DNA of 64,000 nucleotides from assembly GCA_026770705.1 (NCBI GenBank), contig JANJGN010000013.1, forward strand, positions 91,636,001 to 91,700,000, read 5' to 3'. Below, piece by piece: positions 11,102 through 22,610 of this stretch. Origin of the DNA: Isurus oxyrinchus (Eukaryota). The stretch's first letter is position 1, and each line of letters opens with the position of its first letter. The position numbers and the translations under genes are program-made. The notes beneath the pieces are model-generated. The model was not told the origin of the DNA and did no database searches. It saw nothing but the letters and a program-made list of their open reading frames with translations.

Positions 11102-12020
11102 GATTGGTCAAACCATTGCCCTGAGAAATGAGTCAGCGAATGCCTGTCGATTATTTTGTTTAGCTGAAACAGGCACAATGTGTGTACGTGTTCTTTCTGT
11201 CTGCAATATGCCCAGTATACGTCAGATTACCCTGGAAGGATAAGGTATCTCAATAATTTGAGCAACAGGTGAAGCTAGCTGTTTTACGCTGCTACTATGC
11301 AGTAGCAACATGAATGATATTCACCACTAACGGGATGATGCCATCAAGCCAAAAAGACATTCTGCCTATCACACAAATAAGTAATGTGGTATATGAATTT
11401 CAATGCCAGTGTGATGTTAAGTATATAGGCTATATGTCCCAAAGACTGGTGGATTGTATCAAACAGCATGTCCCAGCCACTGTTCACAATGGGCAGGGTA
11501 TAGACTATACCCAACCAGCAGTGCTCTCAAAACTCAAAACTCAGTATTCGACATTAGATGTGATTCCGTGATTGGACAACATTTGTTAAATAATTCACAA
11601 TGCGTTAATTAGCACATTGAGGATCCAATTTAAGATTGTCAATCAGTCTCGCAGTGTGGTGCATTTGCATGTACTGGAAGCTACATATATTAATACACAG
11701 GGCCCTATTCTTTGCAAGCAGAAAGAGCATGTACACACATTGCGCCTGTTTCAGCTAAACAAAATAAGTGATAGCCATTTGCTGACTCATTCATCAGAGC
11801 AATGCATTGAACAATAAGGGTCAGCTGCCTGGTTTAGATTTCAAATAATGCTTGGCAGTTAACTGTCAGTCACCATCAGTGGTACATTCTCCAAGGCAAT
11901 GACACTTGCCAACCGATCAGCACCCTCTTCACAGTATAAATTGTTATTTGCCCCTTATTTTGGTATTCTTGCGAGTGTCCTGATGAGTGCAAGACGAAAA
12001 GCTTAGACAGTTTCTTCTGT
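11102..12020 (+). mobile_element. Penelope-like retroelement, 5'-truncated, with C-terminal GIY-YIG endonuclease and inverted 5' terminal segment
   Basis: Broken ORF SNVVYEFQCQCDVKYIGYMSQRLVDCIKQHVP...LEATYINTQGPILCKQKE. 11102-11206 is an inverted copy of 11712-11817. Hammerhead motif at the 3' end. Confidence 0.9.
11976..12009 (+). ncRNA. Minimal type I hammerhead ribozyme motif
   Basis: TGTC-CTGATGA-GT gcaag AC-GAAA-AGCT-TA-GACA: stem I TGTC/GACA, intact CUGAUGA and GAAA core, palindromic stem III, UA cleavage site. Confidence 0.8.
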
Positions 12021-12212
12021 TCCCATCTGGTTCACTAATGTCCTTTAGGGAAGGAAATCTGCTGTCCTTACCTGGTCTGCCCTACATGGGACTCTAGACC
12101 CACAGCAATTTGGCTGACTCTTAAATGCCCTCTAAACTAGGACAATTAGGGATGGGAAATAAATGCTGGCATAGCCAGTGACGCCCACATCCCATGAACA
12201 AATAATAAAAAA
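12020..12212 (+). mobile_element. tRNA-headed SINE, 3' half
   Basis: Matches 29522-29728 (cccatctggttcactaatgtcctttagggaaggaaatctgc...gacgcccacatcccatgaac) and ends in an A-rich tail. Confidence 0.85.
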
Positions 12213-14327
12213 ACTCTCACTTCTCTGGCATTCAGCTCTCCTGTTCTGGATTGAGAATGTAATAAAAGACTGGAGCCAAGTGTTTCTGGCAGAACCTAAA
12301 CTGAATATTAGTGATTATGTTATCGGTTGATGTTGCAATTGGTGACTCCTTCAATGTTGGGAGGCGATTGATTGGGCAGGAATTGATCAGATCAGATTAG
12401 TTTTGGCATTTTGTAGATAGGATATGCCTATCTTTTCTACCTTGTCCAGTAAATGCTGACGGAGGACAATTAGATCTGATTCAACACCACAGAACATGAT
12501 TAGTTAAGATTTGGCCTATCTGTATCTTTAAACATGGTGGCAGAGAGGCTTCAGATATACTTTTACAAAAAACAGTGCTAAGAAATTTTCTCTGAAATAC
12601 TATCACAATTACAGGGCAAGGCTAGGTTTTCAGTTGTTTAAACCAGTATCCCACCAGGTAGCATGCATACAAATTGAACCACAGGATTATTCTGAACCAT
12701 AACCATATGAAGCCATAAATGGATGCTTTGTAAACTGCAGGGACTGAACAAGAAACATCGAGTTGCACATCCAACCTAGATGCGAGTTTGAGTTTAATCG
12801 TATATATAATGAGTATACCTGACCTGCTTTTATTGTCAATCTAAGATGACCACTGTACCACAGCAGGAAAGGTAGAAGTTAAATATGTGGCACACATTTC
12901 CAAATGGTGCATGTTTCGAGAGTATGCTGTAAGTGGTATAAGTATTTATCTTTTAAAGTTTCAATTAATTATCCCCTTAGATGAATATAAAGCAGCTTTT
13001 ATTGATGATGCCTTATGAGGCACAAGTGGAATCAGAACATGTATGACTTTGAAAATATCATTTTGATTGTCAAAATACATTTATATTTCTGCACCAGACC
13101 TCATTACAGCTCTCTTACAGATCAAATTAAATGAAGCCTAATCTCAAGGCACCAAGCCATGCACGTAGCAAGCCTGCTAATTGAAACTATGACGTCATTG
13201 GGAATGATTTATGAACAACACAGTTTGTGTTTAGATAAAGGCACATTTATTAAAAGACATGTGGAATTCATTTTGGGTCTGGAAGTTTATGGAGCTGTCA
13301 TTTTAAACTCAGATAAAGTAAACGCAAAGACAGAAGGTGTCACTGTTAAAAAGGATGAAGCTCCAGCTGTCTTACGTAGCCCTGCCTGGCTGCAGTCATC
13401 CTTCCGACATTACTGTTCCAGTTTTCAGCAAGATACTCATTTGTGCTGTTCTCTACAATCCCCTAAAGATTTCAAGTTGCACTTACGGCCTGCTTATGAC
13501 AAAGGTTTAATGCAAAGTTCTGAATATTCGTGTAAGCTGTAAGTCACACAGCTGTGGCCTGTTTCGTGTCTTTTACTTCTAACATTTTTCTGTAGCTTCA
13601 CAAATGCAGAAATCGGTTAAATCACTATGAATGATTTTCATTCGTATTGATAACACACTATTTCACCCCAGTATATCCTCTTGCCCTGCTCCACTACAAA
13701 AACAAACTCATGTCACTGAAATAAACCTTTGCACCAATATCCTTAAAAAAGATCCTAGAACTGGTTTTCTGAAGGCCATAAACTGCTGTCTAAATTCTGC
13801 CTGAGCATTTAGTTATCAGTACTTAAATAAGTCATTTTCTATTGACAGAAGAAGCAATGGAGTTATCTTGAGATGATACAATGGCAGGTCACCAACATCT
13901 CCATACTTATAGCAAAATCCATAATTTATTCTTTTGCCCTCCTCCACTTTGAATGTTATTTCCCCACTTCCCTATATCCCCCCATTTCCCTATAGGCAAG
14001 CAGGCAATCTGTATCTTTGTGCGTCAACTCAGTTTAGTTGGTAGTTGGCAGTTAGTTATTTGGATCAGCCCTGAGGTTACAGTCCCATAGGTAGCTTTAA
14101 ATTTACTATATACTTCATTTATAATACAGTATTGGAAAAGTCTTGCATTGGCATTCGTTCATTCTTCAGATGAAATATTAAACTGAGCTCCTATCTGCAG
14201 GGAGTTCTCCTGAAGCCTTGGCCAATGTTTCTCCTTCAACTAAAAAAAAAATCCAAGTTAAAAAGCCCTTCAGATTTTGTTTCTTTACTTGCACTCAATG
14301 GCTGCTACCTGCTTGCCTACATTTCTT

Positions 14328-14555
14328 TTCATTCATTCTGGGGATATGGACATCACTGGCAAGCGCACTGCGTGTTGCCCAACCCTAGTTGCCTTTGAGG
14401 AGGTGGTGGTGAGTTACCTTCTCGAACTGCTGCAGTCCCTGTGGTATAGGTGCTCTGACAGTGTTGTTAGGTCAAGAGTTCGAGGATTTTGACCCAGCGA
14501 TGATGAAGGTACACCAATAATATCCAGCATGGGATGGTCTGTAACTTAGAGGGAA
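14328..14555 (-). mobile_element. 3' fragment of the LINE family at 49801-52880
   Basis: gggatatggacatcactggc...ttgacccagcgatgatgaagg. Confidence 0.8.
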
Positions 14556-16090
14556 TCTCCGACTACATAACAGTCACTGAACTTCGAAAGTAGTTTATCA
14601 TGCACTTTGGGGGCATTTTTAACCTGATAATGTGCTTCAGAAATGCAAATATAAATGTTTTTAAAATCATTTGCACCACTGGTGAAAAGTGAGAGGACAA
14701 TGGGAGTGGGATGGATTCTATTCTGTGCTCCTTGCCTGATGTTTGGAGTATTCCTACACCCTCTCTGTTTTGCACCAGCTAAGATTGCAGTCAGAAACTT
14801 GGTGTGTGGCCGATCACAGGCAGAGCTTACTCTCCTGCTGCTGGAAAAGCCAACCTGAAATCATAGTCCATTAAACAACCTTTTCAAAACACTGTGAACA
14901 GAATTCAAATCACAAATCAAAAATAACAGCACACTTAAAATAATGTTTAAAATAGTACAATATGTAGAATGCCAAGGTAAAAATATGAAGCAGTGAATTC
15001 TACACAAATGCTTCTTTTTTTGGTGTGGAACATTTATGGAGCACTGCACTTAAACAAGATTTTCTTCTCTGGATTCTTACTAGCTCTTGAGAACTTCCAA
15101 ATGTACGACTGAGTTGTGCTTTGGAACCTTGTGGAAGTCCTGGCACACTGACCTACATGAGAATTACAAAGGAATTGCCTGGGAAGTTTCAGCTGCTAAT
15201 AGGTAATTCCCATGCTCCCCGGACCCTCCATGAATATCTCCTACTGAGTTAGAGTTGGAGACTTGGTACAGTTCCGATGTACTTACCTGAATAGTTAGCC
15301 AGGCAATGTTAGACAGATTGAAACCTGGTCTAACTCCTGCGTAACTATAAAACTGACACCCCAAATTACCCCCAACCCATGGACTCCCCCATCAACTCTC
15401 TCCCCCAACCCCCCCGGCCAGACTACCCTACCCCACCTGACTTTCTGATCTCCACTGACCTGGCTACCCACCACCCTCCCCTCCACCACCAGACTATCAT
15501 CTTCACCTGCCTGCCATTCTACCCAAATGCCACCTCACCCATCTGCTACCTTACCCACCTGATCGTCCCTGCCCGTCTACTCAGTTACCTCACCTACCCT
15601 ACCCACTGCCCATTCACTCAATCATTCACTCACCCATCCATTCACTAACATTCAAACTGGACCTTTAAATTTACTATACAGCATGTTGTGTCGTAACAAA
15701 GGGGTGTGTCCAGTCCCCCCAATTCTACTCCACTGCAACGGAACTCTGCAAAAGATGCTGCGCTCGACATTTCTGGAAAAGCCGGGCTCAAAAGCTCCCA
15801 GAAGAAATGTGGAGCAGTGTTGAGTCAGGGAAACGTTCAAGTGGAGTGGCAATCCAACAGTGACTGTCACTCCTCAGCAGATTAGAGAAATCTGTCCCAT
15901 GTGGACTCAATGTTCACCAAGTACTCATTGAGCTGATATTAAGGGATGACCTATCATTACAACCACCTTCAACCTAATTCAAAGGAAGCCCCAATAATAG
16001 GCTCATTTAAACTCTGAACACCAGTGTTGGTTTTGAATCAGAGCTCCGTCAGTTGCACATAAGTTGTATGAACTAAAAACATACGATTAG

Positions 16091-16918
16091 CATGTCGGTG
16101 AGGGCCTCTTTTGTAAGTTACGAAAGGAAAACAACCTTTCAGCAATGATGTAAAAATGTTGAATGTGGCAGACTGATTAAGCCATGGATAAAAAAGGGAA
16201 TGTTGTATACATTATGTAGAGTGTATACCTACAAGATGTTACACTGCAGGAAATCTAAGGCGGGGTTAGCTTTATTCCTTCAAATATGTTTTTTTTTAAT
16301 ACACATTAATCTCCTGTGATTTTGCTCATGGGTAGCTGGAAGAAATGGTGGACTTGAAGCTTCTCATTGGGGCGGAGTGGTAACAAGGCAGGACTTCCAT
16401 TTTTCATTAAGGAGCATTTGGGCATGCGGGCAGGCTCCTTGGTGACATTCCCGCTGCCTAAAGAGAGCCAGAAAAACCGAAGAGAGGAATGGGGTGGAGA
16501 TGGAGTTGGGTCATCAAACAGCGAGAGATCTTAAAGAGGAAGATCAGCCCTGAAGAGGAAATAAGGAAGATGATGGAGACTGAGGCCTACAAAGGCCAGT
16601 GTATCAAAAGAAAAATCGCATTGAGGAATACAGCTAACCTCACCTTTCATTCCCTGCAGTGTAACATCTTGTTGGCATGTACTCTTTATAATGTATACAA
16701 CATTCCCTTTTTTATGCATGGTTTAATCAGTCAGCCTATCCCATTCACCTATGATATTTGACTCAGAGAGGGACCATACACTGTCAGTCATATTCAACAT
16801 TTTCACATCATAGCTTAAAGGTTGTTTTCCTTTCATAACTTACAAAAGTCACCGAAATGTTGATCTTTCCTGAAGAGAAAAGGAAGTTGATGGAGACTGA
16901 GGCCTATAAAGGCCAGTG
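16091..16918. repeat. Local inverted duplication with flanking direct repeat
   Basis: 16091-16279 is the reverse complement of 16624-16859; 16542-16601 is repeated at 16862-16918. Confidence 0.9.
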
Positions 16919-17195
16919 CTGGGGGCCAGACTACCGGGAAAGGAGACCCTTGTTAGTCCCTCTCCTTTCGTTAGCAGGAATCGGAGCCCGTGCCCTTGTT
17001 ACTCAGGGCCTTCCACCAAGCTGTGCTGGGAAGGGGCGGTAAAGCGAGTAGAGCTAAGGAAAATGCAATGGAAAACTGAGCCCCGTGTGCTGCCAGCACT
17101 GAGCAAGGATCAACTGGTCAGTCACGTTCCAACATTTTCAGAGGAAAATCCAGCTTGTAATGTGTTGTAACCTCGTTTATTCTAACAACCGCATG

Positions 17196-17580
17196 GGGAG
17201 GTGTTGGCATAGTGGTAATTCACTGGATTAGCATTCCAGGGAACAAGGATAATGCTCTGGAGACATAGGTTCAAATTCCACCATGGAAGCTGGTGAAATT
17301 TGAATTCAGTTAATAAACCTGGAATTAAATGGTAACTAGGAAACCATTGTCAATTGTCATAAAAACCCATCTGCTTCACTAATGCCCTTTATGGAAGGAA
17401 ATCTGCCGTCCTTATCTGGTCTGGCCTACATGTGACTCCAGACCCACAGCAATGTGGTTGACTCTTAACTGTCCTCTGAAAGGGCCTAGCAAACCACTCA
17501 TTTCAAGGGAAATTGGGAATGGGTAGCAAATTCTGACCTTGCCAGTGATGCCCATGTCCCATGAGAGAATGAAGGAAAAA
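17196..17580 (+). mobile_element. tRNA-headed SINE, full length
   Basis: A box TGGCATAGTGG, B box GGTTCAAATTC; body and tail match 29340-29728. Confidence 0.9.
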
Positions 17581-17749
17581 AAGGAAGAGGCTATTGTGAC
17601 ATGTCTGGTGGAACTAAGAACAGCAGCCAGAACAATTATCATTACATCATTTTGACTAATTTTAATGTATCCTTATTTTCATAGAAAAGAGTTCATATAC
17701 TATGCATTTTAAAAGAGTTGATTTTCAAGCTCACACATGCAGCAGAGTT

Positions 17750-17852
17750 AAAAGCAAAATATTGCAGATGCTGGAAATCTGAAAAAAAAAACAGAAAATG
17801 CTGGAAAAACTCAGCAGGTTTAACAGCATTGGTGGAGGAAAAAAACAGAGCC
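17750..17852 (-). mobile_element. Neptune-type Penelope terminal fragment
   Basis: Similar to 9274-9370 (gatgctggaaat...ctggaaaaactcagcaggt). Confidence 0.8.
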
Positions 17853-19469
17853 AGCAGAGTGTTGTGGTTGAAAATTGGCCCAATTACGAACTTCTTCAGT
17901 AAGTTAGGTCTACAAAAAATAATTGGCTAAAGGAATGAATGGAAACGTAGGGAGTTTATGACATGACCCATGGAAAATCCAGGGATGCAAAATGATCTTT
18001 CAAACAACCATTCACTGAACGACACTGCCAATTGCTAATTTCACTCTAAACATTTTGCAAAGAATTAAAATTGTCCCCAGTGGTAAGATGCAGAAATTTT
18101 GGAACAATAACAAAAGTCAAATCTGTAGAGAGGCAGAAAATAGCCAAAACATCAGCTTTTTCTCACAATGAGACATCATGTCCTGGGACGTACAGGATGG
18201 CAAGAAATGAATAAACGGTCAAAATTTATTAATTTGAGAACTTTGAAGCTTTCAATCAGAGCCAGCTCATCAGAGAGGAAGGATAATTTCTAAATGTGTC
18301 TCCTTTGCTTCAAGTGACCTTAAAAAGGATAAAAAAGCAAGATTGGAATGAAGATTAGGCATGGTGTAAAATATCACCTGCATTTGTTAGTGAATCAGTG
18401 ACAAGGGAGGAGGGACTGAGCAGTATCCAAGGACAAACAAAGGAGAAGGTTGGAAGAATTCTTTCACACAGAGGGTTTTTAGAATATGGACTGCTTTACC
18501 ATGTGTCGACTGGGATACAGACTGTAAGAGCAATTAAAGCGATTTTGGACGTGAATTCAAAAAGGAAGAAATTTGGAGCAATATGTAGAAATTGCAAGAA
18601 AATGGGATTTAGGAGAGCAGTTTCAGTGAAGAGCTAGGAGCAGTATGAGCTTGATGGATTGAACAGCCTTTTCCTGTGTCATAGTTTCTATAATTCTGTC
18701 ATTAATCATTTGAAACTAGTTGCTTTCAATGGTTTAACTGAACAGATTGTGCACCAGTTTAGTTATTTGAAGCATGGGATACAATCCTTAATCAATTATG
18801 AAGGTCTCACACGGTGGATTTTGGAAGAATGCTAAAGTTAGAGAATTCTTGAAGATCCAATATATAAGTGAATTTAAAAAACAAGCTAAGGCTGATTATG
18901 CTTAATGCTGTAAGTCACTAAGTAAAAGGGAATAAGCAGCAGTCAAATTCCACAAAGTGAACCCTTCCCTGCAACTGGGAAGGGACAACCGGCCTGATGT
19001 GTCCCTCCATTTAGCAAGAACATGTGGAAGATGTTTCTTTACAGTGAGGACCTGCCTAACAGTACGGTCACGCATCTGCTCCCCGCAAGGGCTTTTTATG
19101 CTGGTCGGAAGAATGAGGCTGAACTTTACAGACATAGAATATCTTCAGCCATGTTTATCACCCATAAGTGCAGAGTGCCAATTTTCCAGAAAACAAAAAT
19201 ACTAGCAGGCCATCTGTGGGTTTGCAATCCAAATAGAGCGCCTGGGCAGCTTGAGGAGGTGAAAGGAAAGTCGATCAGCGTGCCCGCAAACCCCACCAGC
19301 AGCTGGAATGTCCGTGTGCTGCTGAGGTGAAAGCCTCAAAGGAAGGTTCAAGTGAAATGGCTGCAAGGAAAGGCTGAAGGAACCAGCAGTCATCTCTGCG
19401 CCTCACGCACTGTCTGAGGGAGAGCAGCATGGCAGTTCTTGCAATGGCAAGTCTCTGATGAGGTTCTGT

Positions 19470-19686
19470 TGGCTCTGATGAGAGGTCATGTTGATCTCAG
19501 ACATTGGGCAGGATTTTCTGGTCCCGCTCAGAGTCAATGGGCCTCTTGCTGATCTGTCAAATTTTCCGTCCCACCCACGACTTGGCAGGTGGGACCGGAA
19601 AATCCCGCCCTTTAATTCTGTTTCAATTCTCGGATGCTACCTGACCTGCTGAGTGTTTCCAGCATTTTCTGGTTTTTTTTATTCTA
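19470..19686 (+). mobile_element. Neptune-type Penelope terminal fragment interrupted by a MITE
   Basis: ctgatgagaggtcatgttgatct, then the insert, then gatgctacctgacctgctgagtgtttccagcattttctg. Confidence 0.7.
19506..19610. mobile_element. 105-bp Harbinger-type MITE
   Basis: 20-bp TIRs GGGCAGGATTTTCTGGTCCC / GGGACCGGAAAATCCCGCCC (2 mismatches); central AGTCAATGG shared with 25376-25491. Confidence 0.85.
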
Positions 19687-20084
19687 ATAGCTAGCCTCTG
19701 TCTGCGGATACCCTCAGGCTCGCTGTTTGCAATATTCAACAGTTAGGTCGCATCTTATATCCGTGCTCCACCAAACTCCCGCAGTGGAGCCACCGCCTCT
19801 GAGTATCCTAACTTCTGACATAGCGTGGAGCCTGTGCGATGTTCTCAAAATTCCACTGCCCTTGGACATTTGTTGCTAATTGCCCATTCAACGAGCTTAG
19901 TTGGCTTCCCACCACTGCCAGGCATGTTGCCATCACACACAGAAGCCACCTCTGGGAGAAGCAGGAGGAGGCGGGAACACATCAGGGAACAGGCATTTTT
20001 CTCCAATTCTGCTAATTAACCCCACCTCCAAAGGCATGTGAAAATTCCTTGATCTTCCTTGTCACCTGTTCCTAGTGTTTTTTT

Positions 20085-20380
20085 AATTTATTCTTTCATG
20101 GGATGTGGGAATTTATTGCCCATTCCTAATTGCCCTTCAGAAGATGGTGGTGAGCTGCCTTCTTGAACCGCTGCAGTCCCTGTGGTGTAGGTACACCCTT
20201 AGTTGTTAGGGAGGGAGTTCCAAGATTTTAACCCAGCGACAGTGAAGGAGCGTCAAAATATTTCCAACTCAGGATGGTGAGTGGCTTGGAGGGGAACTTC
20301 CAGGTGGTGTTGTGCCCATGCACCTGCTGCTCTTGTCCTTCTAGGTGGTACAGGTTGCGGGTTCGAAAGGTGCTGTTAAA
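20085..20380 (-). mobile_element. 3' fragment of the LINE family at 49801-52880
   Basis: Colinear with 49805-50110. Confidence 0.9.
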
Positions 20381-21444
20381 TAGTAAGCTGGCACATCCCA
20401 TTAGATTGAGTCTGAACAATGAGAAATGGCAAAATCCTCAGTAGAAATGTGAAGGCAAGTATAAGCCGGCAATGAAGGTACGATTGCAAGAATTCTGAAC
20501 TTTAAATCTGACTTCTCTGAACTTAAATAAAAGCAAATGGTTCCAGACCAACAGCATTTACATGCACTTCAAAAGGTTTGCTTATACGTTATTGCAATTA
20601 CATGTACAATATGCAATCAAAAATATTGACAATTTTACATGCTCTAGAGAATAATCCAACACTCACCAAATTCTGTGGCGCCAGAAGCAATTTCAGATCA
20701 CTCTTGTATGGGGCAAAATATTACAGTTACCGTGGTCCAGTTCATGCAGAAAGGTGCATCTTTCCACATGGGAAATCCCATATTGATGTTCGTCAATACA
20801 CTTGGTCCCCAGCAGAGTATTTAACTGCAGAGATCAATATCTTTGCAGTCTGCTATTATCTGACCTATTTAGTAAGCTGAAACCAAAAACAAGTGTTGAA
20901 ATTACCAAATTATCTCTCGAGAATTCCCACTGTAGTGGATGAGAATTTTGTCTTGTGCACTGTCTGTCTGTTCTATTATCATTCTCTGATGCTTACTGCT
21001 TATCTGCAGTAGAAGTGTTATTTGTAGATTGAGAGACTGATTCCTAGTAGAAAAAAAATGGCAAATGCCAATCCACTGCTGACTGAACATCTTCATTTAC
21101 CACTAGCACCGACTGTATCAGGGAGTAGGACATAGGCACATTAGTGGGCACAAGTGTCTGAACACTGCAAAATGCCTTTTGGCTCCACATCTGTAAAGAT
21201 GTTTTTAAATCTGTGAAGTATCTGGAAAAATCAATTTCTCACTAAATACTTTGATGCCATTAATAGAAGAGAATCATAGCTAAAACTGCTTGATTTTTAA
21301 AAATTATGAGGTGCATTAATAACTCATCTATAGCAAGGGACCCACAATCATTTTTAACATTGCTATTTAAAAACAACTGCACAGTCATTCAAATGTTCAA
21401 TAAGAGTACTTTTCGGCAATAGAGCAACTGCAACATTTTTAAAA

Positions 21445-22026
21445 ATTCTTTCCTGGGACTTGAGCTTTGCCGGCTGGGCCAGCATTTTTATTGCCCATCC
21501 TTAATTGCCCTAGATAAGGTGGTGGTGAGCCGCCTCCTTGTACCGCTGCAGTCCATGTGGTATAGGCACACCTACAGTGCTGTTAGGGAGAGAGTTCCAG
21601 GATTTTGACCAGTGACAGTGAAGGAATGGTGATATAATTCCAGGTTAAGATGGTGTGTAGCTTGGAGGGGAACTTGGAGGCGGTGGTGTTCCCATCAATC
21701 TGCTGCTTTGTCCTTCTAGAAGGTAGAGTTTGTGGGTTTAGAAGGTGCTGTTGAAGGAGCCTTGGTGAGTTGCCGCAGTGAATCTTGCAGATGATACACA
21801 CTGCTGCTACTATGCGTCAATGGTGGAGGGAGTGGATGTTGAAGGTGGTGGATGGGGTGCCAATCAAGTAAGCTGCTTTGTTCTGGATGGTGTTGAGCTT
21901 CTTCAGTGTTGTGGGAACTGCCCACCCAAATGGAGAGTATTCCATCACACTCCTGACTTGTGCCTTTGAGGCGGCTCTGGGGAATTAGGAGGTGAGTTAC
22001 TCTACAGAATTCGCAGCCTCTGACCT
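21445..22026 (-). mobile_element. 3' fragment of the LINE family at 49801-52880
   Basis: Colinear with 49810-50392. Confidence 0.9.
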
Positions 22027-22069
22027 AAAACATTAAAGTATCATGTAGCATATCAATTTATTTCTGAAA

Positions 22070-22610
22070 TAGCACTGAATGTTACTTTAACAATGAAGTA
22101 ATAGAGTTGTTACTGTATAATCAAAGCGGTAATGTAACTGTAACAACTATTGATTTGTTGCTGAAACAACATTGACTGTTGCAGCCGTAAGAGTAGACTT
22201 ATTACAACAATCATTAATTGAATTGGTGCTGTAATAGTGAAACATTATCGTAATAGCTGCAACTTGAATTGATACTGTAATGGATTAAGTTGTTACTGTA
22301 ATAACAATGACTAATTTTGAATTGTTCCTGTAACAATTACTTATTTCAGTAACTAAGATTGAATTGTTACGGGAACAAATCAACATTAATAAACTGTAAT
22401 AAACTAAAACAACAAGCACTGCAATAACTAACTGTAATATTGAGCTGTCATTACTGATGCCAAAATTATAACAATTACTGAGTTGTTACTGTAATGACTG
22501 ACTAATGTTGTTGCTGTAAGGATGATGGCTGCATTTCTGTAATGTTACTACAATGTTACTGTAATAACTGGAATAACAATGACTCAAAATGCCATCATAT
22601 TAACAATGGC
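22070..22610. repeat. Degenerate AT-rich repeat tract, motif approx. TTGARTTGTTACTGTAATAACAAT
   Basis: Repeated gttactgtaa, aacaat and ttgaattg words with irregular spacing. Confidence 0.75.

Noticed and set aside
13159-13542. 127-aa + strand ORF
   Set aside because: No recognisable domain or convincing exon context; ORFs of this length occur by chance in 64 kb.
15355-15650. Pro/His-rich ORF 15379-15648
   Set aside because: Low-complexity C-rich tract; composition explains the ORF.
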